Notes under the pieces: model-generated
Databases searched by the model: none
Seen by the model: the letters and a program-made list of their open reading frames with translations, nothing else
Told to the model about the DNA's origin: nothing
From: Minisyncoccota bacterium
GTDB lineage: Bacteria > Patescibacteriota > Minisyncoccia > Phycocordibacterales > PALSA-1337
DNA: 64,000 bases
Direction: 5' to 3'
Assembly: GCA_041663145.1 (NCBI GenBank)
Contig: JBAZRG010000001.1
Coordinates: 156,942 to 220,941, forward strand
Program-made: the position numbers and the translations under genes
In this document: in pieces, positions 19,397 to 29,510 of the stretch
Numbering within the stretch: position 1 is the stretch's first letter
Layout: each line of letters begins with the position of its first letter

Positions 19397-21358
19397 ATGA
19401 GTAAAATCATCGGAATAGACCTCGGAACGACCTTCTCGGCAGTTGCCGTCATGGAAGCGGGAGTTCCGAGAGTCCTAGAAAATGCAGAAGGACAAAGAAC
19501 GACACCTTCTATCGTTGCGCAGTCAAAGACTGGCGAAAGGCTCGTTGGACTTTTGGCAAAACGCCAAGCAGTAACAAATCCAAAAAATACGATCTTCCAG
19601 ATCAAAAGATTCATGGGTCATAGTTTTGATGATCCAGGAGTTCAAAAGGACATAAAGAACGTCTCTTTTGACGTAAGAAAATCCGCGACTGGAGGCATCG
19701 AAGTCAATATGTCCGGAACATGGATGAGACCGGAAGAAGTATCAGCAATGCTCTTGCAAAAACTCAAAAATGACGCCGAGGCAAAGATAGGTGAAAAGAT
19801 CACCGAGGCAGTCATCACTGTGCCGGCGTACTTTAACGATTCACAAAGACAAGCAACAAAAGACGCAGGTAAGATCGCCGGTCTCGATGTAAAACGCATC
19901 ATCAATGAACCGACAGCCGCGGCACTCGCTTATGGCTTTAGTAAAAAGAAAGATGAAAAGATAGCAGTATTCGACTTTGGTGGTGGTACCTTCGATATAT
20001 CAATCCTAGAGGTCGGAGATGACGTCATCGAGGTCAAATCAACAGATGGCGACTCACACCTAGGTGGCCGCGATATAGACGCGAAGATCGTCAATTGGCT
20101 CGCTGATACATTCAAAAAAGAAAACGGTATAGATCTAAAATCAGATGCTTTGGCACTCCAGAGACTCGATGAAGCGTCTGAAAAGGCAAAGATCGAGCTT
20201 TCGACAGCTATGCAGACTGAGATCAATATCCCATTCGTCACATCTGGAGCTGATGGACCAAAACACTTGCTCGTAGTTATGACACGAGCAAAACTAGAAG
20301 AGATGACACAGGAGTTTGTAAATCGATCGATAGAGATCACAAAGCGTGCACTAGAAGCTTCACCTTTCAAGGTGGGAGAAATCAATGAAATAGTTCTAGT
20401 CGGCGGTCAAACAAGAATGCCGGCTTTGCAAAATGCAGTAAAACAGTTCTTCGGAAAAGATCCTCATATGGGAGTGAATCCCGACGAGGTGGTTGCGGTG
20501 GGCGCCGCTATTCAAGGCGGAATATTGGGCGGAGATGTAAAAGATGTTCTTCTCTTGGACGTCATTCCTCTCTCTCTTGGAATCGAAACACTAGGGGGAG
20601 TTGCCACAAAACTCATCGAGAAAAACACAACCGTACCAACCCAGCGCACCCAGGTCTTTTCGACTGCCGCAGACAATCAGACTTCAGTCGAAATTCACAT
20701 CAGTCAAGGAGAAAGAGCTATGGCTGCAGATAACAAATCTCTCGGCCGATTTATATTGGACGGAATTCCACCATCTCCGAGAGGTATGCCACAAGTCGAA
20801 GTCACATTTGATGTCGACGCCAACGGTATACTTAGCGTCACAGCAAAAGACAAAGCCACAGGCAAAGCTAACTCCATCAAGATCACCGCTTCTTCAGGTC
20901 TCTCAAAAGAAGAAGTTGAACGCATGAAAAATGAAGCGGCCAAACATGAAACTGAGGATAAGGCTAAACATGAAGCGATCGAAGCCAAGAACATTGCCGA
21001 ACAACTCATATACACTTCAGAAAAAGCATTGAAGGAAGCTGGTGAAAAGGTACCAGCAGATCTACGAAAAGGTATTGAAGATAAAGTTGCAGATCTCAAG
21101 AATGTAAAAGATGGCTCGGATCTGGCACTCATTAAAAAGGCCACAGAAGCATTGTCTACAGAAATTCAGAAGATCGGTCAATACATGAATTCTTCTACGA
21201 ATAATGCCGGAGGTGCTGGAAGTACCGAAGGTACACAAGCAGGTGCCAATTCCGAAGCAAATGCTGGCGGAACTCCAAATTCCAACGGATCAAACAATGC
21301 CGGAAAATCTGGTAGTGACGACAATATTCAAGACGCTGAGTTCAAAGAAAAGAAATAA
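19397..21358 (+). CDS. dnaK: chaperone DnaK (Hsp70)
   Basis: [14 protein letters not shown]...; DLGGGTFD; full-length Hsp70. Confidence 0.95.
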   Translation: MSKIIGIDLGTTFSAVAVMEAGVPRVLENAEGQRTTPSIVAQSKTGERLVGLLAKRQAVTNPKNTIFQIKRFMGHSFDDPGVQKDIKNVSFDVRKSATGGIEVNMSGTWMRPEEVSAMLLQKLKNDAEAKIGEKITEAVITVPAYFNDSQRQATKDAGKIAGLDVKRIINEPTAAALAYGFSKKKDEKIAVFDFGGGTFDISILEVGDDVIEVKSTDGDSHLGGRDIDAKIVNWLADTFKKENGIDLKSDALALQRLDEASEKAKIELSTAMQTEINIPFVTSGADGPKHLLVVMTRAKLEEMTQEFVNRSIEITKRALEASPFKVGEINEIVLVGGQTRMPALQNAVKQFFGKDPHMGVNPDEVVAVGAAIQGGILGGDVKDVLLLDVIPLSLGIETLGGVATKLIEKNTTVPTQRTQVFSTAADNQTSVEIHISQGERAMAADNKSLGRFILDGIPPSPRGMPQVEVTFDVDANGILSVTAKDKATGKANSIKITASSGLSKEEVERMKNEAAKHETEDKAKHEAIEAKNIAEQLIYTSEKALKEAGEKVPADLRKGIEDKVADLKNVKDGSDLALIKKATEALSTEIQKIGQYMNSSTNNAGGAGSTEGTQAGANSEANAGGTPNSNGSNNAGKSGSDDNIQDAEFKEKK

Positions 21359-21364
21359 AAAAAG

Positions 21365-21416
21365 GACCCTCACAGCTTTCCCGAGAAATACTCGGGGAAG
21401 TGAATGAGGGTCTTTT
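21365..21416 (+). terminator. rho-independent terminator after dnaK
   Basis: GGACCCTCA...TGAGGGTC stem with an inner CCCGAG/CTCGGG stem, then a T-tract. Confidence 0.6.
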
Positions 21417-21436
21417 ATAGACAGAATGTGCATGCG

Positions 21437-21814
21437 CTATTGTAAACCGCGCTCTTCCACTAATGTTCGAAAGAGCTGAACCCCTCGTACACTGACACCA
21501 CTTATTCTAGATAACCTATGGTCAGTTTGTTTTATCAGGAGTCGAAGCGGGATATCGCCATAGGTCTTAAATCCGACAGCAAAGTCATTGCCAAGCGGAT
21601 TTACAGCCTTATCAAGCACACTGTGAAAGAAAGGAGTGTGACTAATTCTTTTGTCACCTTTAAAGGACTGTGCAAACTCTCGGAAGGTTAAACCTTGAGA
21701 ATCGCGATCATCAACCACTCTACTCTTATTTGACAAAATACTGCGCACCCTGTTGATCTCGACCTCTATATTTTCCAGTGACTCTAAAATCATCTTCATA
21801 TCTCTATCTATCAT
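21437..21814 (-). CDS. hypothetical protein on the opposite strand between dnaK and dnaJ
   Basis: 125-aa ORF with coding-like composition. It is convergent with dnaK and divergent from dnaJ. No family recognised. Confidence 0.4.
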   Translation of the reverse strand: MIDRDMKMILESLENIEVEINRVRSILSNKSRVVDDRDSQGLTFREFAQSFKGDKRISHTPFFHSVLDKAVNPLGNDFAVGFKTYGDIPLRLLIKQTDHRLSRISGVSVRGVQLFRTLVEERGLQ

Positions 21815-21913
21815 TTATACCTTTCCTGCAAAACTACGAGTCTTGCAAAGTACTACAAAATATCGTAACATAACAATCACAATAATGTCAATTCAAGAAT
21901 CGCATAAAAAACA

Positions 21914-23032
21914 ATGAAAGACTACTATAAAATACTGGGGGTAGATAAGGGTGCATCGAAAGAGGATATCAAAAAAGCCTTCCGTAAACAGGCGCACCAA
22001 CATCATCCCGATAAAAATAAGAACGACCCGTCTTCTTCGCAAAAATTCAAAGAAGCCAGTGAAGCGTATTCCGTATTGTCTGACGACAATAAACGCAGAC
22101 AATACGATACGTTTGGTTCGGCAGGTCCAGGCGGAGCTGGATTTAATTCTGGTCAAGGAGCTGGCGCAGGTGGCTTCGGCGGATTTGGTGGATTTGATTT
22201 TTCTGGATTTCAACAGTCCGGCGGAGAAGGCATGGAATTTGATCTGGGTGATATCTTCGGAGATCTATTCGGTGGAGGTAAGAGATCGAGCGAAAGACAG
22301 GCACGCAGACAAAGAGGTCATGATATATCTGTAGATTTACTCATTTCATTTGAAGAATCTGTATTTGGCACCGAAAAAGACCTTCTTATTACGAAGAAAT
22401 CAAAATGTCTTTCTTGTGAAGGACGTGGGGCGGCTCCTGGAACAGATCTCGAAAGCTGTAGGACTTGTAATGGTCAAGGTAAAATCAATGAAACTAAAAG
22501 GTCATTCATTGGAGTATTCAACACAACTCGAATATGTGATACCTGTCACGGACTCGGTCAAGTACCAAAAGTAAAATGTGGAACATGCAAGGGTACTGGC
22601 ATAACCGATCGACAGCAAGAGATAACTGTCAAAATTCCTGCTGGTATCGAAAATGGTCAGATGGTCAGACTATCCGGAATGGGTGAAGCAGTACCATTTG
22701 GTGATACAGGAGACCTATACGTCAAGATCCATGTAAAAGATCATTCATACATCCATCGTGATGGACACAATCTCACGACCGATATCAATCTAAAATTAAC
22801 ACAAGCCATACTAGGTGGTGAGATCAATCTCAAAACTCTTGATGGAGATATCATACTCAAAATACCCGAAGGATCGAATAAAGGCGATATACTTCGCATA
22901 AAAGGCAAGGGTATACCTGATTCCCGTGGTAAAAGAGGCGATCTACTAGTCCGATTAAATATCGAGATGCCTAGGAAACTGTCAAGAGGAGCAAAGGAGA
23001 TGATAGAAGGACTAAAAAAAGAAGGTTTTTAA
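21914..23032 (+). CDS. dnaJ: chaperone DnaJ
   Basis: J-domain (YYKILGV...HPDKN), a G/F-rich linker, and four CxxCxGxG zinc-finger repeats. Confidence 0.9.
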   Translation: MKDYYKILGVDKGASKEDIKKAFRKQAHQHHPDKNKNDPSSSQKFKEASEAYSVLSDDNKRRQYDTFGSAGPGGAGFNSGQGAGAGGFGGFGGFDFSGFQQSGGEGMEFDLGDIFGDLFGGGKRSSERQARRQRGHDISVDLLISFEESVFGTEKDLLITKKSKCLSCEGRGAAPGTDLESCRTCNGQGKINETKRSFIGVFNTTRICDTCHGLGQVPKVKCGTCKGTGITDRQQEITVKIPAGIENGQMVRLSGMGEAVPFGDTGDLYVKIHVKDHSYIHRDGHNLTTDINLKLTQAILGGEINLKTLDGDIILKIPEGSNKGDILRIKGKGIPDSRGKRGDLLVRLNIEMPRKLSRGAKEMIEGLKKEGF

Positions 23033-23072
23033 TTGGGATTGCAGAAGTGGTAAATCCGTGTAATATCTAAAT

Positions 23073-24608
23073 ATGACAATCATTACTTATGTAAAAAGAC
23101 ATAGATTCATAGCTACAGTTGGTTCAATAACCATCATATTACTGGCTATTATCCTTGGACGAATGAATGGATCCGAATCAGTATCCAATGATCCAAATTC
23201 AATCAAAAAAGTAGAACTCGTGAGTGTATCGACATTTCGAGAAGGATATTCGAATGTTCCAGCAGACGGTATAGTCGAGTCCAATGCCCAAGCCGATCTC
23301 AAGAGTCAGGTTTCTGCACTCATTTCCTCTATAAATGTAAATATCGGCGATCCTGTCTATGCAGGACAAACTATCATAGTCCTTCAAAATGCTGACATTC
23401 AAGCTCAGTTGGCTCAAGCAGAAGCATCACTTGCTCTTGCAAAAGGACAATTTGAAACTGGAGATCTGTCTCTGGATTCAGCAAAAAGCAGCGCTATGGA
23501 CAAGATAAGAGACGCTTATACCAAGGCATATGAAACAGTCTTCTCAGATATAGATCCATTGCTCTACAACTATGATGGTAGAGGTTCTCATTTCTCTGCC
23601 TTTGTCTCTGATTATACGACCAGCAATGAAATACAAAATATCAGAATCGATCTCTCGACATCATTTCGATTTTGGAAAAACATCAACGATAAACTCAATG
23701 ATTCTTCAAGCGTAGAATCTATATTGTCAGCTGTTTCCGAATCACAAAAAAATCTGACATCGATAGATCGAATGCTCGAAAATATTTCTGAAGCTCTAAA
23801 CGACCTATCGAGAGTAAGTCAAGGTGAATCCGCTACAACTGTTAATACATGGAAGACTATAGTAGCTCTATCACGATCAACTATAAATGGTTCCATTCAG
23901 ACTTTGACGGGTGCAAAAGCTACGCTATCTACTACAGGATCTACACAAAATGAAACAGCGCCAGCTCAGATACGTCTAGCTGAAGCAGGAGTCAACAATT
24001 TGAAAGCACAGCTGGCAAAAACCATCATCCGAAGTCCGATAAACGGACGAGTAGCCGCTTTACCTTTGCGTTCGGGCGAATTGGCAACACCAGGTTTACT
24101 GTTGGCAACTGTGGTGGGAGAAGGTGATCTCCTAATAAAGGCATTTGCTTCAAGTGAAGATTCACCACGGATCACGCAGGGTGCAAGCGTAACCATGGAT
24201 GGTGGCATAAAAGGCACGGTGCAAAGTTTTTCACCAAGCTTGAGTTTTAGCAATAAAAAAGTCGAAGTCATAATAAAGGTCTTGAATCCAGAAACATCCG
24301 GACTCATCGTGGGCGACAGTGTGCATGTATCCATAACCGTTCCCGATTCAAAAGTGAATAATGTCTCACAGGTTGACAATAATAACGGAAATATAAAATA
24401 CATATTGCCGATACAGAACGTAAAGATCATTCCCGGTAACGCTTTCGTATTTACAGTCGATAGTGATTCCAAGATCGTACGAAATGAAGTGACCCTAGGT
24501 GAAGTCCGCGGCGACTTTATCGAAATCAAATCCGGACTAAGAGATGATATGAATATCGTCTCTCCGGTTTACGAACTAGATGAAGGACAACAGGTCAAGA
24601 CTGATTGA
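23073..24608 (+). CDS. efflux periplasmic adaptor (HlyD/membrane-fusion protein family)
   Basis: N-terminal TM helix, a biotinyl/lipoyl-like hairpin (...INVNIGDPVYAGQTIIVL...), coiled coil and a beta-barrel C-terminus. Confidence 0.7.
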   Translation: MTIITYVKRHRFIATVGSITIILLAIILGRMNGSESVSNDPNSIKKVELVSVSTFREGYSNVPADGIVESNAQADLKSQVSALISSINVNIGDPVYAGQTIIVLQNADIQAQLAQAEASLALAKGQFETGDLSLDSAKSSAMDKIRDAYTKAYETVFSDIDPLLYNYDGRGSHFSAFVSDYTTSNEIQNIRIDLSTSFRFWKNINDKLNDSSSVESILSAVSESQKNLTSIDRMLENISEALNDLSRVSQGESATTVNTWKTIVALSRSTINGSIQTLTGAKATLSTTGSTQNETAPAQIRLAEAGVNNLKAQLAKTIIRSPINGRVAALPLRSGELATPGLLLATVVGEGDLLIKAFASSEDSPRITQGASVTMDGGIKGTVQSFSPSLSFSNKKVEVIIKVLNPETSGLIVGDSVHVSITVPDSKVNNVSQVDNNNGNIKYILPIQNVKIIPGNAFVFTVDSDSKIVRNEVTLGEVRGDFIEIKSGLRDDMNIVSPVYELDEGQQVKTD

Positions 24609-27600
24609 TCGTTAAACATACCTTTATGTCAAAAAATAATAATGATCATTCATCAGATAGTAGATATTTGGATCGGTTGACCTTCAATCCCGAACTGAGA
24701 AAGTCGTGGCTAAACTATTTCGTCACGAATTTTCGTGTAGTAGTACTACTCATTGTTGTCATTTCGACTTGGGGTTTGTATTCGTTCTTTACTTTACCCC
24801 GTGAATCCAGTCCGGAGGTCAAAATACCGATAGCGATCGTCACTACGGCTTTTCCGGGCGCGTCGCCGACAGATGTTGAACAATTCGTAACAAGAAAAAT
24901 AGAGGCAGAACTGTCGGGACTGAAGGGATTGCATAATATTACTTCAAATTCATTCAATTCTTTTTCATCGATAGTTGTCGAATTTGAAGCCAATGCCGAT
25001 ATTCAGAGTTCGATCCAAGCACTGCGTGATGCTGCTAGCAAATCGAAACCAAATATTTCCACGGAAGCCGAAGACCCCGTAGTTACCGAAATTTCCATCG
25101 ATGATATGCCGATATGGTCGATCTCGATCACTGGACCATATGATGGATTTACACTGCGAAAGTACGCCGAGGATATACAAAATGAGCTCGAAAAAATCTC
25201 GGGCGTTCGTGAGGTCAACATCTCAGGAGGGGATGTAAGAGAATATGAAATCGCGTATAGACCCGATCGTCTACTCTATTATGGAATAACTGTAAACGAT
25301 GCCAATCAAGCAGTTCTAGCTACCCGTACAGCTATTCCATCTGGAAATTTTGATACAGAAACATTCGTCGTCCCCGTAAAGACAGAAACTGGAGCAGAAA
25401 CTATTGCCGAAATTTCGAATATACCAATTTCTCATAGTGAAAATGGTAGTACAGTCATGCTTCGAGATATTGCAAATGTTTCGGAAAAAGCCGTAAAAAA
25501 ATCTTCTTATTCACGCCTATCCACCGATGGACAACCGAGTAAAAATTCAGTCAACTTATCCATCATCAAACGTCAAGGAGCATCGATATTGGAGACAGTA
25601 GATGCCGCAAAATTGACGGTTGAAAAAGCAGTGAAATCTTTTCCGCCCGGCATTACATACACAGTCGGACAAGATTTCGCGGAACTCGTCCGAAATGATT
25701 TCAATCAATTATTTCACGATTTTCTCCTGACAGTTCTTCTGGTCTCAATTATTCTATTTTTGATTGTTGGATTAAAGGAAGCATTCGTAGCCGGTCTTGC
25801 TATTCCTCTAGTATTCTTTATCACATTCGGCTGTCTATCTCTTCTCGGAATATCGCTGAACTTTCTTTCGATGTTCTCGTTGATCTTAGCGCTTGGTCTC
25901 CTTGTTGATGATGCTATAGTTGTAGTATCGGCTACTAAACAATATCTGAATACCGGAAAGTTCACGCCAGAAGAAGCGGTTCTATTGGTACTTCGAGATT
26001 TTAAGTGGGTGCTGACTACGACCACTCTAGCCACAGTCTGGGCATTTCTGCCTCTACTCTTCGCAACCGGTATTATCGGGCAATATCTGAAATCAATACC
26101 GATCACCGTATCGATCACTCTTGTCGCTTCTCTTTTGATCGCTCTTATGGTCAATCATCCTTTGGCGGCAGTACTCGAACGTATACGACTCACCCGAAAA
26201 TTCTTTTTGGCGATCGAGGCTCTGCTCATCACAGTATCCGTGATTTTGCTTTATTCAGGCGGTACATTGTCGGTTATTGTGAGCGTGATCCTGATATCGA
26301 TACTAGGCTATCTGATCTGGTGGTATGAAAAAGGTGGAAAGGAAAAGATGCTCATCAATGCCGGGACAATGGAAAAGGAATGGGAATCTGATGAATTGAT
26401 AAAAGAAAAACTTCGCATCCAAGGAAGTAGGGAACATGAAAATTTCGCAGGCAAGATCATGCACGGCATCGTCGATTTTCACCTCGTTCTACCTGTATAC
26501 GAGCGAACATTCAGACATTATATTTTGGACAAAAAGAGACGCAGGAGAGTCCTAGCCGGAGTAGTCCTCTTATTCGTTTTCTCTGTGGCACTTATACCGC
26601 TTGGTTTTGTAAAAAGTGTATTTTTCCCATTGCAAGACAGCGACTATGTATTCATCGATCTCAAAGCTCCGGTCGGCACCAATTTAATCGAAACAGACAA
26701 TCGTACGAAATCCGTAGAAAGTCAATTGCTTGGTTATAAGGAAATAGAAAGCATGACAACGATCATCGGTAGTGCCAGTGCCAACTCAGGATCATTCACC
26801 GGCGGAGGCAGTGGTACAAATCTGGCGTCGATCTCGATCACTCTCAAAGACGCCAAAGAAAGATCGGTAAAATCTTATGAATTCGCCGATACATTGAGAA
26901 AAGATCTGGCAAGTACGACAAATCTGGTAGTGAATGTTTCTACCGAATCAGGCGGTCCGCCATCAGGATCGACTTTCGAGGCCCATATCGCTGGTGATGA
27001 TCTCGACAAACTGGGAGGTATCATCCGAGATCTAAAACCGATGTTAACTTCCATAAGTGGAGTCATAAACGTCAACGTATCACAGAAAGAATCAATTCCA
27101 GAATATACCTTTGTACTTGATCCGATTGCGATGGAAAGGAACAATCTAAACTCAGCTATTGTGGGATCGGTTCTTCGCACGGCAATCTCGGGAGTTGAAC
27201 TCACAAAAATCGTTCAAGGAGAAAAAGAAATCCAACTTATCGCGACATTCGACCAGAGATCGATCCCAGATTTGGCGGCTATTCAAAATCTCCAGATCTT
27301 GAATGCCCAAAAACAGCCTGTATTTCTCAAAGATATAGCAAAGATAGAACTAAGACCGGCAGTCGATGTCATAACCAGAATCGATCAAAAAAGAACAGTG
27401 GTTTTATCAGCTGGAGCAGATTCATCGACTAATGGTCAGACGATCTTGGCCTCATTCGAGAAGAAATTGGCTGATTATGAAATGCCAGCCGGCTATACGA
27501 TCTCCTTTGGCGGAGAAAATGAACAAAATGCCGAATCCGTAGCATCGGTACTTCGAGCAATGCTCATCGCTCTGGTCCTCATCGTTGCAACACTCATCAT

Positions 27601-28030
27601 CCAGTTCAACTCTTTCCGAAAAGCCCTGATCGTCCTTGTGCCGATACCGCTAGCTCTCATCGGTGTATTTATAGGAATGGCGGTATTCGATGTTCCTCTA
27701 TCATTCCCGGGACTTATCGGTATTCTGGCTTTGTTCGGTATCGTGGTGAAAAATGCGATCATCCTAGTCGATAAGATAAACCTGAATATTAAAAGTGGTA
27801 TAACATTCGAAGATGCCATAGCGGACGCGGGCAAGTCACGATTGGAAGCAATCTTCATCACTTCTATCTGTACGATCATCGGTATATTACCAGTGACTCT
27901 TTCAAATGAACTTTGGAGGTCGCTGGGCGGCGCTGTGATATTCGGTCTCACGCTTTCATCGTTCCTGACTCTATATATCGTACCGGCATTCTTCCTGATC
28001 TTGGTTAAGGATAAAAAGCAACACTACTAG
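24605..28030 (+). CDS. RND-family efflux transporter permease (AcrB-like)
   Basis: 1141 aa. Paired large periplasmic loops and conserved TM4-like LALGLLVDDAIVVV. It overlaps the adaptor gene by 4 nt. Confidence 0.8.
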   Translation: MIVKHTFMSKNNNDHSSDSRYLDRLTFNPELRKSWLNYFVTNFRVVVLLIVVISTWGLYSFFTLPRESSPEVKIPIAIVTTAFPGASPTDVEQFVTRKIEAELSGLKGLHNITSNSFNSFSSIVVEFEANADIQSSIQALRDAASKSKPNISTEAEDPVVTEISIDDMPIWSISITGPYDGFTLRKYAEDIQNELEKISGVREVNISGGDVREYEIAYRPDRLLYYGITVNDANQAVLATRTAIPSGNFDTETFVVPVKTETGAETIAEISNIPISHSENGSTVMLRDIANVSEKAVKKSSYSRLSTDGQPSKNSVNLSIIKRQGASILETVDAAKLTVEKAVKSFPPGITYTVGQDFAELVRNDFNQLFHDFLLTVLLVSIILFLIVGLKEAFVAGLAIPLVFFITFGCLSLLGISLNFLSMFSLILALGLLVDDAIVVVSATKQYLNTGKFTPEEAVLLVLRDFKWVLTTTTLATVWAFLPLLFATGIIGQYLKSIPITVSITLVASLLIALMVNHPLAAVLERIRLTRKFFLAIEALLITVSVILLYSGGTLSVIVSVILISILGYLIWWYEKGGKEKMLINAGTMEKEWESDELIKEKLRIQGSREHENFAGKIMHGIVDFHLVLPVYERTFRHYILDKKRRRRVLAGVVLLFVFSVALIPLGFVKSVFFPLQDSDYVFIDLKAPVGTNLIETDNRTKSVESQLLGYKEIESMTTIIGSASANSGSFTGGGSGTNLASISITLKDAKERSVKSYEFADTLRKDLASTTNLVVNVSTESGGPPSGSTFEAHIAGDDLDKLGGIIRDLKPMLTSISGVINVNVSQKESIPEYTFVLDPIAMERNNLNSAIVGSVLRTAISGVELTKIVQGEKEIQLIATFDQRSIPDLAAIQNLQILNAQKQPVFLKDIAKIELRPAVDVITRIDQKRTVVLSAGADSSTNGQTILASFEKKLADYEMPAGYTISFGGENEQNAESVASVLRAMLIALVLIVATLIIQFNSFRKALIVLVPIPLALIGVFIGMAVFDVPLSFPGLIGILALFGIVVKNAIILVDKINLNIKSGITFEDAIADAGKSRLEAIFITSICTIIGILPVTLSNELWRSLGGAVIFGLTLSSFLTLYIVPAFFLILVKDKKQHY

Positions 28031-28049
28031 AATGTCATCTTCCATAGAA

Positions 28050-28191
28050 CTCAACATAATGTTCCCGCCACAATCCTGCGTAATCGCTTCTCAAATTACA
28101 ACCGTGTTTGGTTCCAAGGCTTCACCAAACACGGGTAATTTTTCGAAGCTCAATCGCATACTCGGATTGTTCTGGGAACATTATGTTGGGG
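28050..28191. repeat. MITE-like element, copy 2 (reverse-complement of the 18750-18892 copy)
   Basis: The same 16-18-bp terminal inverted repeats. The interior is the reverse complement of copy 1 with a few substitutions. Confidence 0.7.
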
Positions 28192-28273
28192 TCATGACAT
28201 AAGTTCGCAAAATATTCGACGAAAACAAATAAGGATGTGTTGGGGTTACGCCTCAGACTTTCTAGAATGTTAT

Positions 28274-28452
28274 CAACGTCACCCTCTCGCACATCTTTCT
28301 TTTTTCTTCCGAGAATAATCTGCGAAATAATATACCAATACATTTTCCAAAGGATGCGCGAATCCTTGTAGCGCATCCTTTGTGAAAATGTTGGTATATT
28401 GTGAGCAGAGTTCGAGGATGAAAAAAGAAAGATGTGCGAGAGGGTGACGTTG
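28274..28452. repeat. second, distinct 179-bp near-perfect palindromic element with 33-bp perfect terminal inverted repeats
   Basis: CAACGTCACCCTCTCGCACATCTTTCTTTTTTC at 28274-28306 has its exact reverse complement at 28420-28452. The interior is also largely self-complementary. Confidence 0.65.
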
Positions 28453-28512
28453 TAGATTACAAACAACAAACGCACGTTGTGCTTCGAGGGGTGGACGAGT
28501 TATAATTTGCCC

Positions 28513-29490
28513 ATGAAAAAGATACTAATATCCGGCGTCAAACCGACCGGCAGACCTCATATAGGTAATTATTTTGGAGCCATGAAGCAATTCGTGGATC
28601 TTTTGAAGTCAGATAAATATCATTGTTTTTTCTTTATCGCCGACTATCACGCACTCAACCTTATTCAGGACGCCAAAGAGATGAAAAGCAACACACTCGA
28701 TCTAGCAATCGATTATTTGGCACTTGGACTCGATCCTGAGAATGCCACTTTATTCAAACAGTCAGACATAGGAGCTCATACCGAAACTGCTTGGATATTC
28801 GACACCATAGTCACCGTGCCATACCTCATGCGCGCTCATGCCTACAAAGACGCTCAAGCGAAGAATGCTGAGATCAATGTTGGCACTTTCAATTATCCAG
28901 TACTTATGGCCGCAGATATCCTACTCTATGACAGCGATGTAGTACCTGTAGGACAAGATCAAAAGCAACATATCGAATATGCCCGAGACATAGCGGATAA
29001 ATTCAATCACATTTATTGTCTCGATAAAGGTCTAGATCCGATACTAAAGACACCTGAACCGCTCATACTCTCCTCAGTCGCCACAGTTCCGGGAATAGAC
29101 GGACGCAAAATGTCAAAAAGTTACAACAATACGATTTCATTGTTTGCCACACGCGAAGAAATACAAAAAGATGTGATGGGTATTGTCACCGATTCGGGTG
29201 GAACAGAAAATGAAGGCATTCCAGTCAATGTATATGCCATTCACAAACTCTTTAAGACTGAAGATGAACTCAAAACATTGTATGAGACGAATAAAGGAAA
29301 GTATAAGATTCTGAAAGAAGCGCTCATCGAAGATATCGATGCTTACATAAAACCGCTACGGGAAAAACGAGACTCTATAGCAAATGATACAGATCGTGTG
29401 ATGAAGGTTCTAGAAGACGGCGCAAAAAAAGCAAACACTATCGCAAACAAGAAACTCCTCGAAATAAAACGGGCGATTGGCGTCATCTAA
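28513..29490 (+). CDS. trpS: tryptophanyl-tRNA synthetase
   Basis: KPTGRPHIGNY (HIGH-like) ... KMSKS (GRKMSKSYNN). TATAAT at 28501-28506 lies just upstream. The start was chosen at MKKIL rather than the longer upstream ORF extension. Confidence 0.85.
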   Translation: MKKILISGVKPTGRPHIGNYFGAMKQFVDLLKSDKYHCFFFIADYHALNLIQDAKEMKSNTLDLAIDYLALGLDPENATLFKQSDIGAHTETAWIFDTIVTVPYLMRAHAYKDAQAKNAEINVGTFNYPVLMAADILLYDSDVVPVGQDQKQHIEYARDIADKFNHIYCLDKGLDPILKTPEPLILSSVATVPGIDGRKMSKSYNNTISLFATREEIQKDVMGIVTDSGGTENEGIPVNVYAIHKLFKTEDELKTLYETNKGKYKILKEALIEDIDAYIKPLREKRDSIANDTDRVMKVLEDGAKKANTIANKKLLEIKRAIGVI

Positions 29491-29510
29491 TAATTTAGGT
29501 CTATTTATAA

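Noticed and set aside
28274-28452. T-box riboswitch leader for trpS
   Set aside because: trpS is often T-box regulated and the element contains AGGGTG. However, the sequence is a near-perfect 179-bp palindrome with 33-bp perfect terminal repeats and lacks the conserved T-box (AATTAGGGTGGNACCGCG) and specifier-loop architecture.
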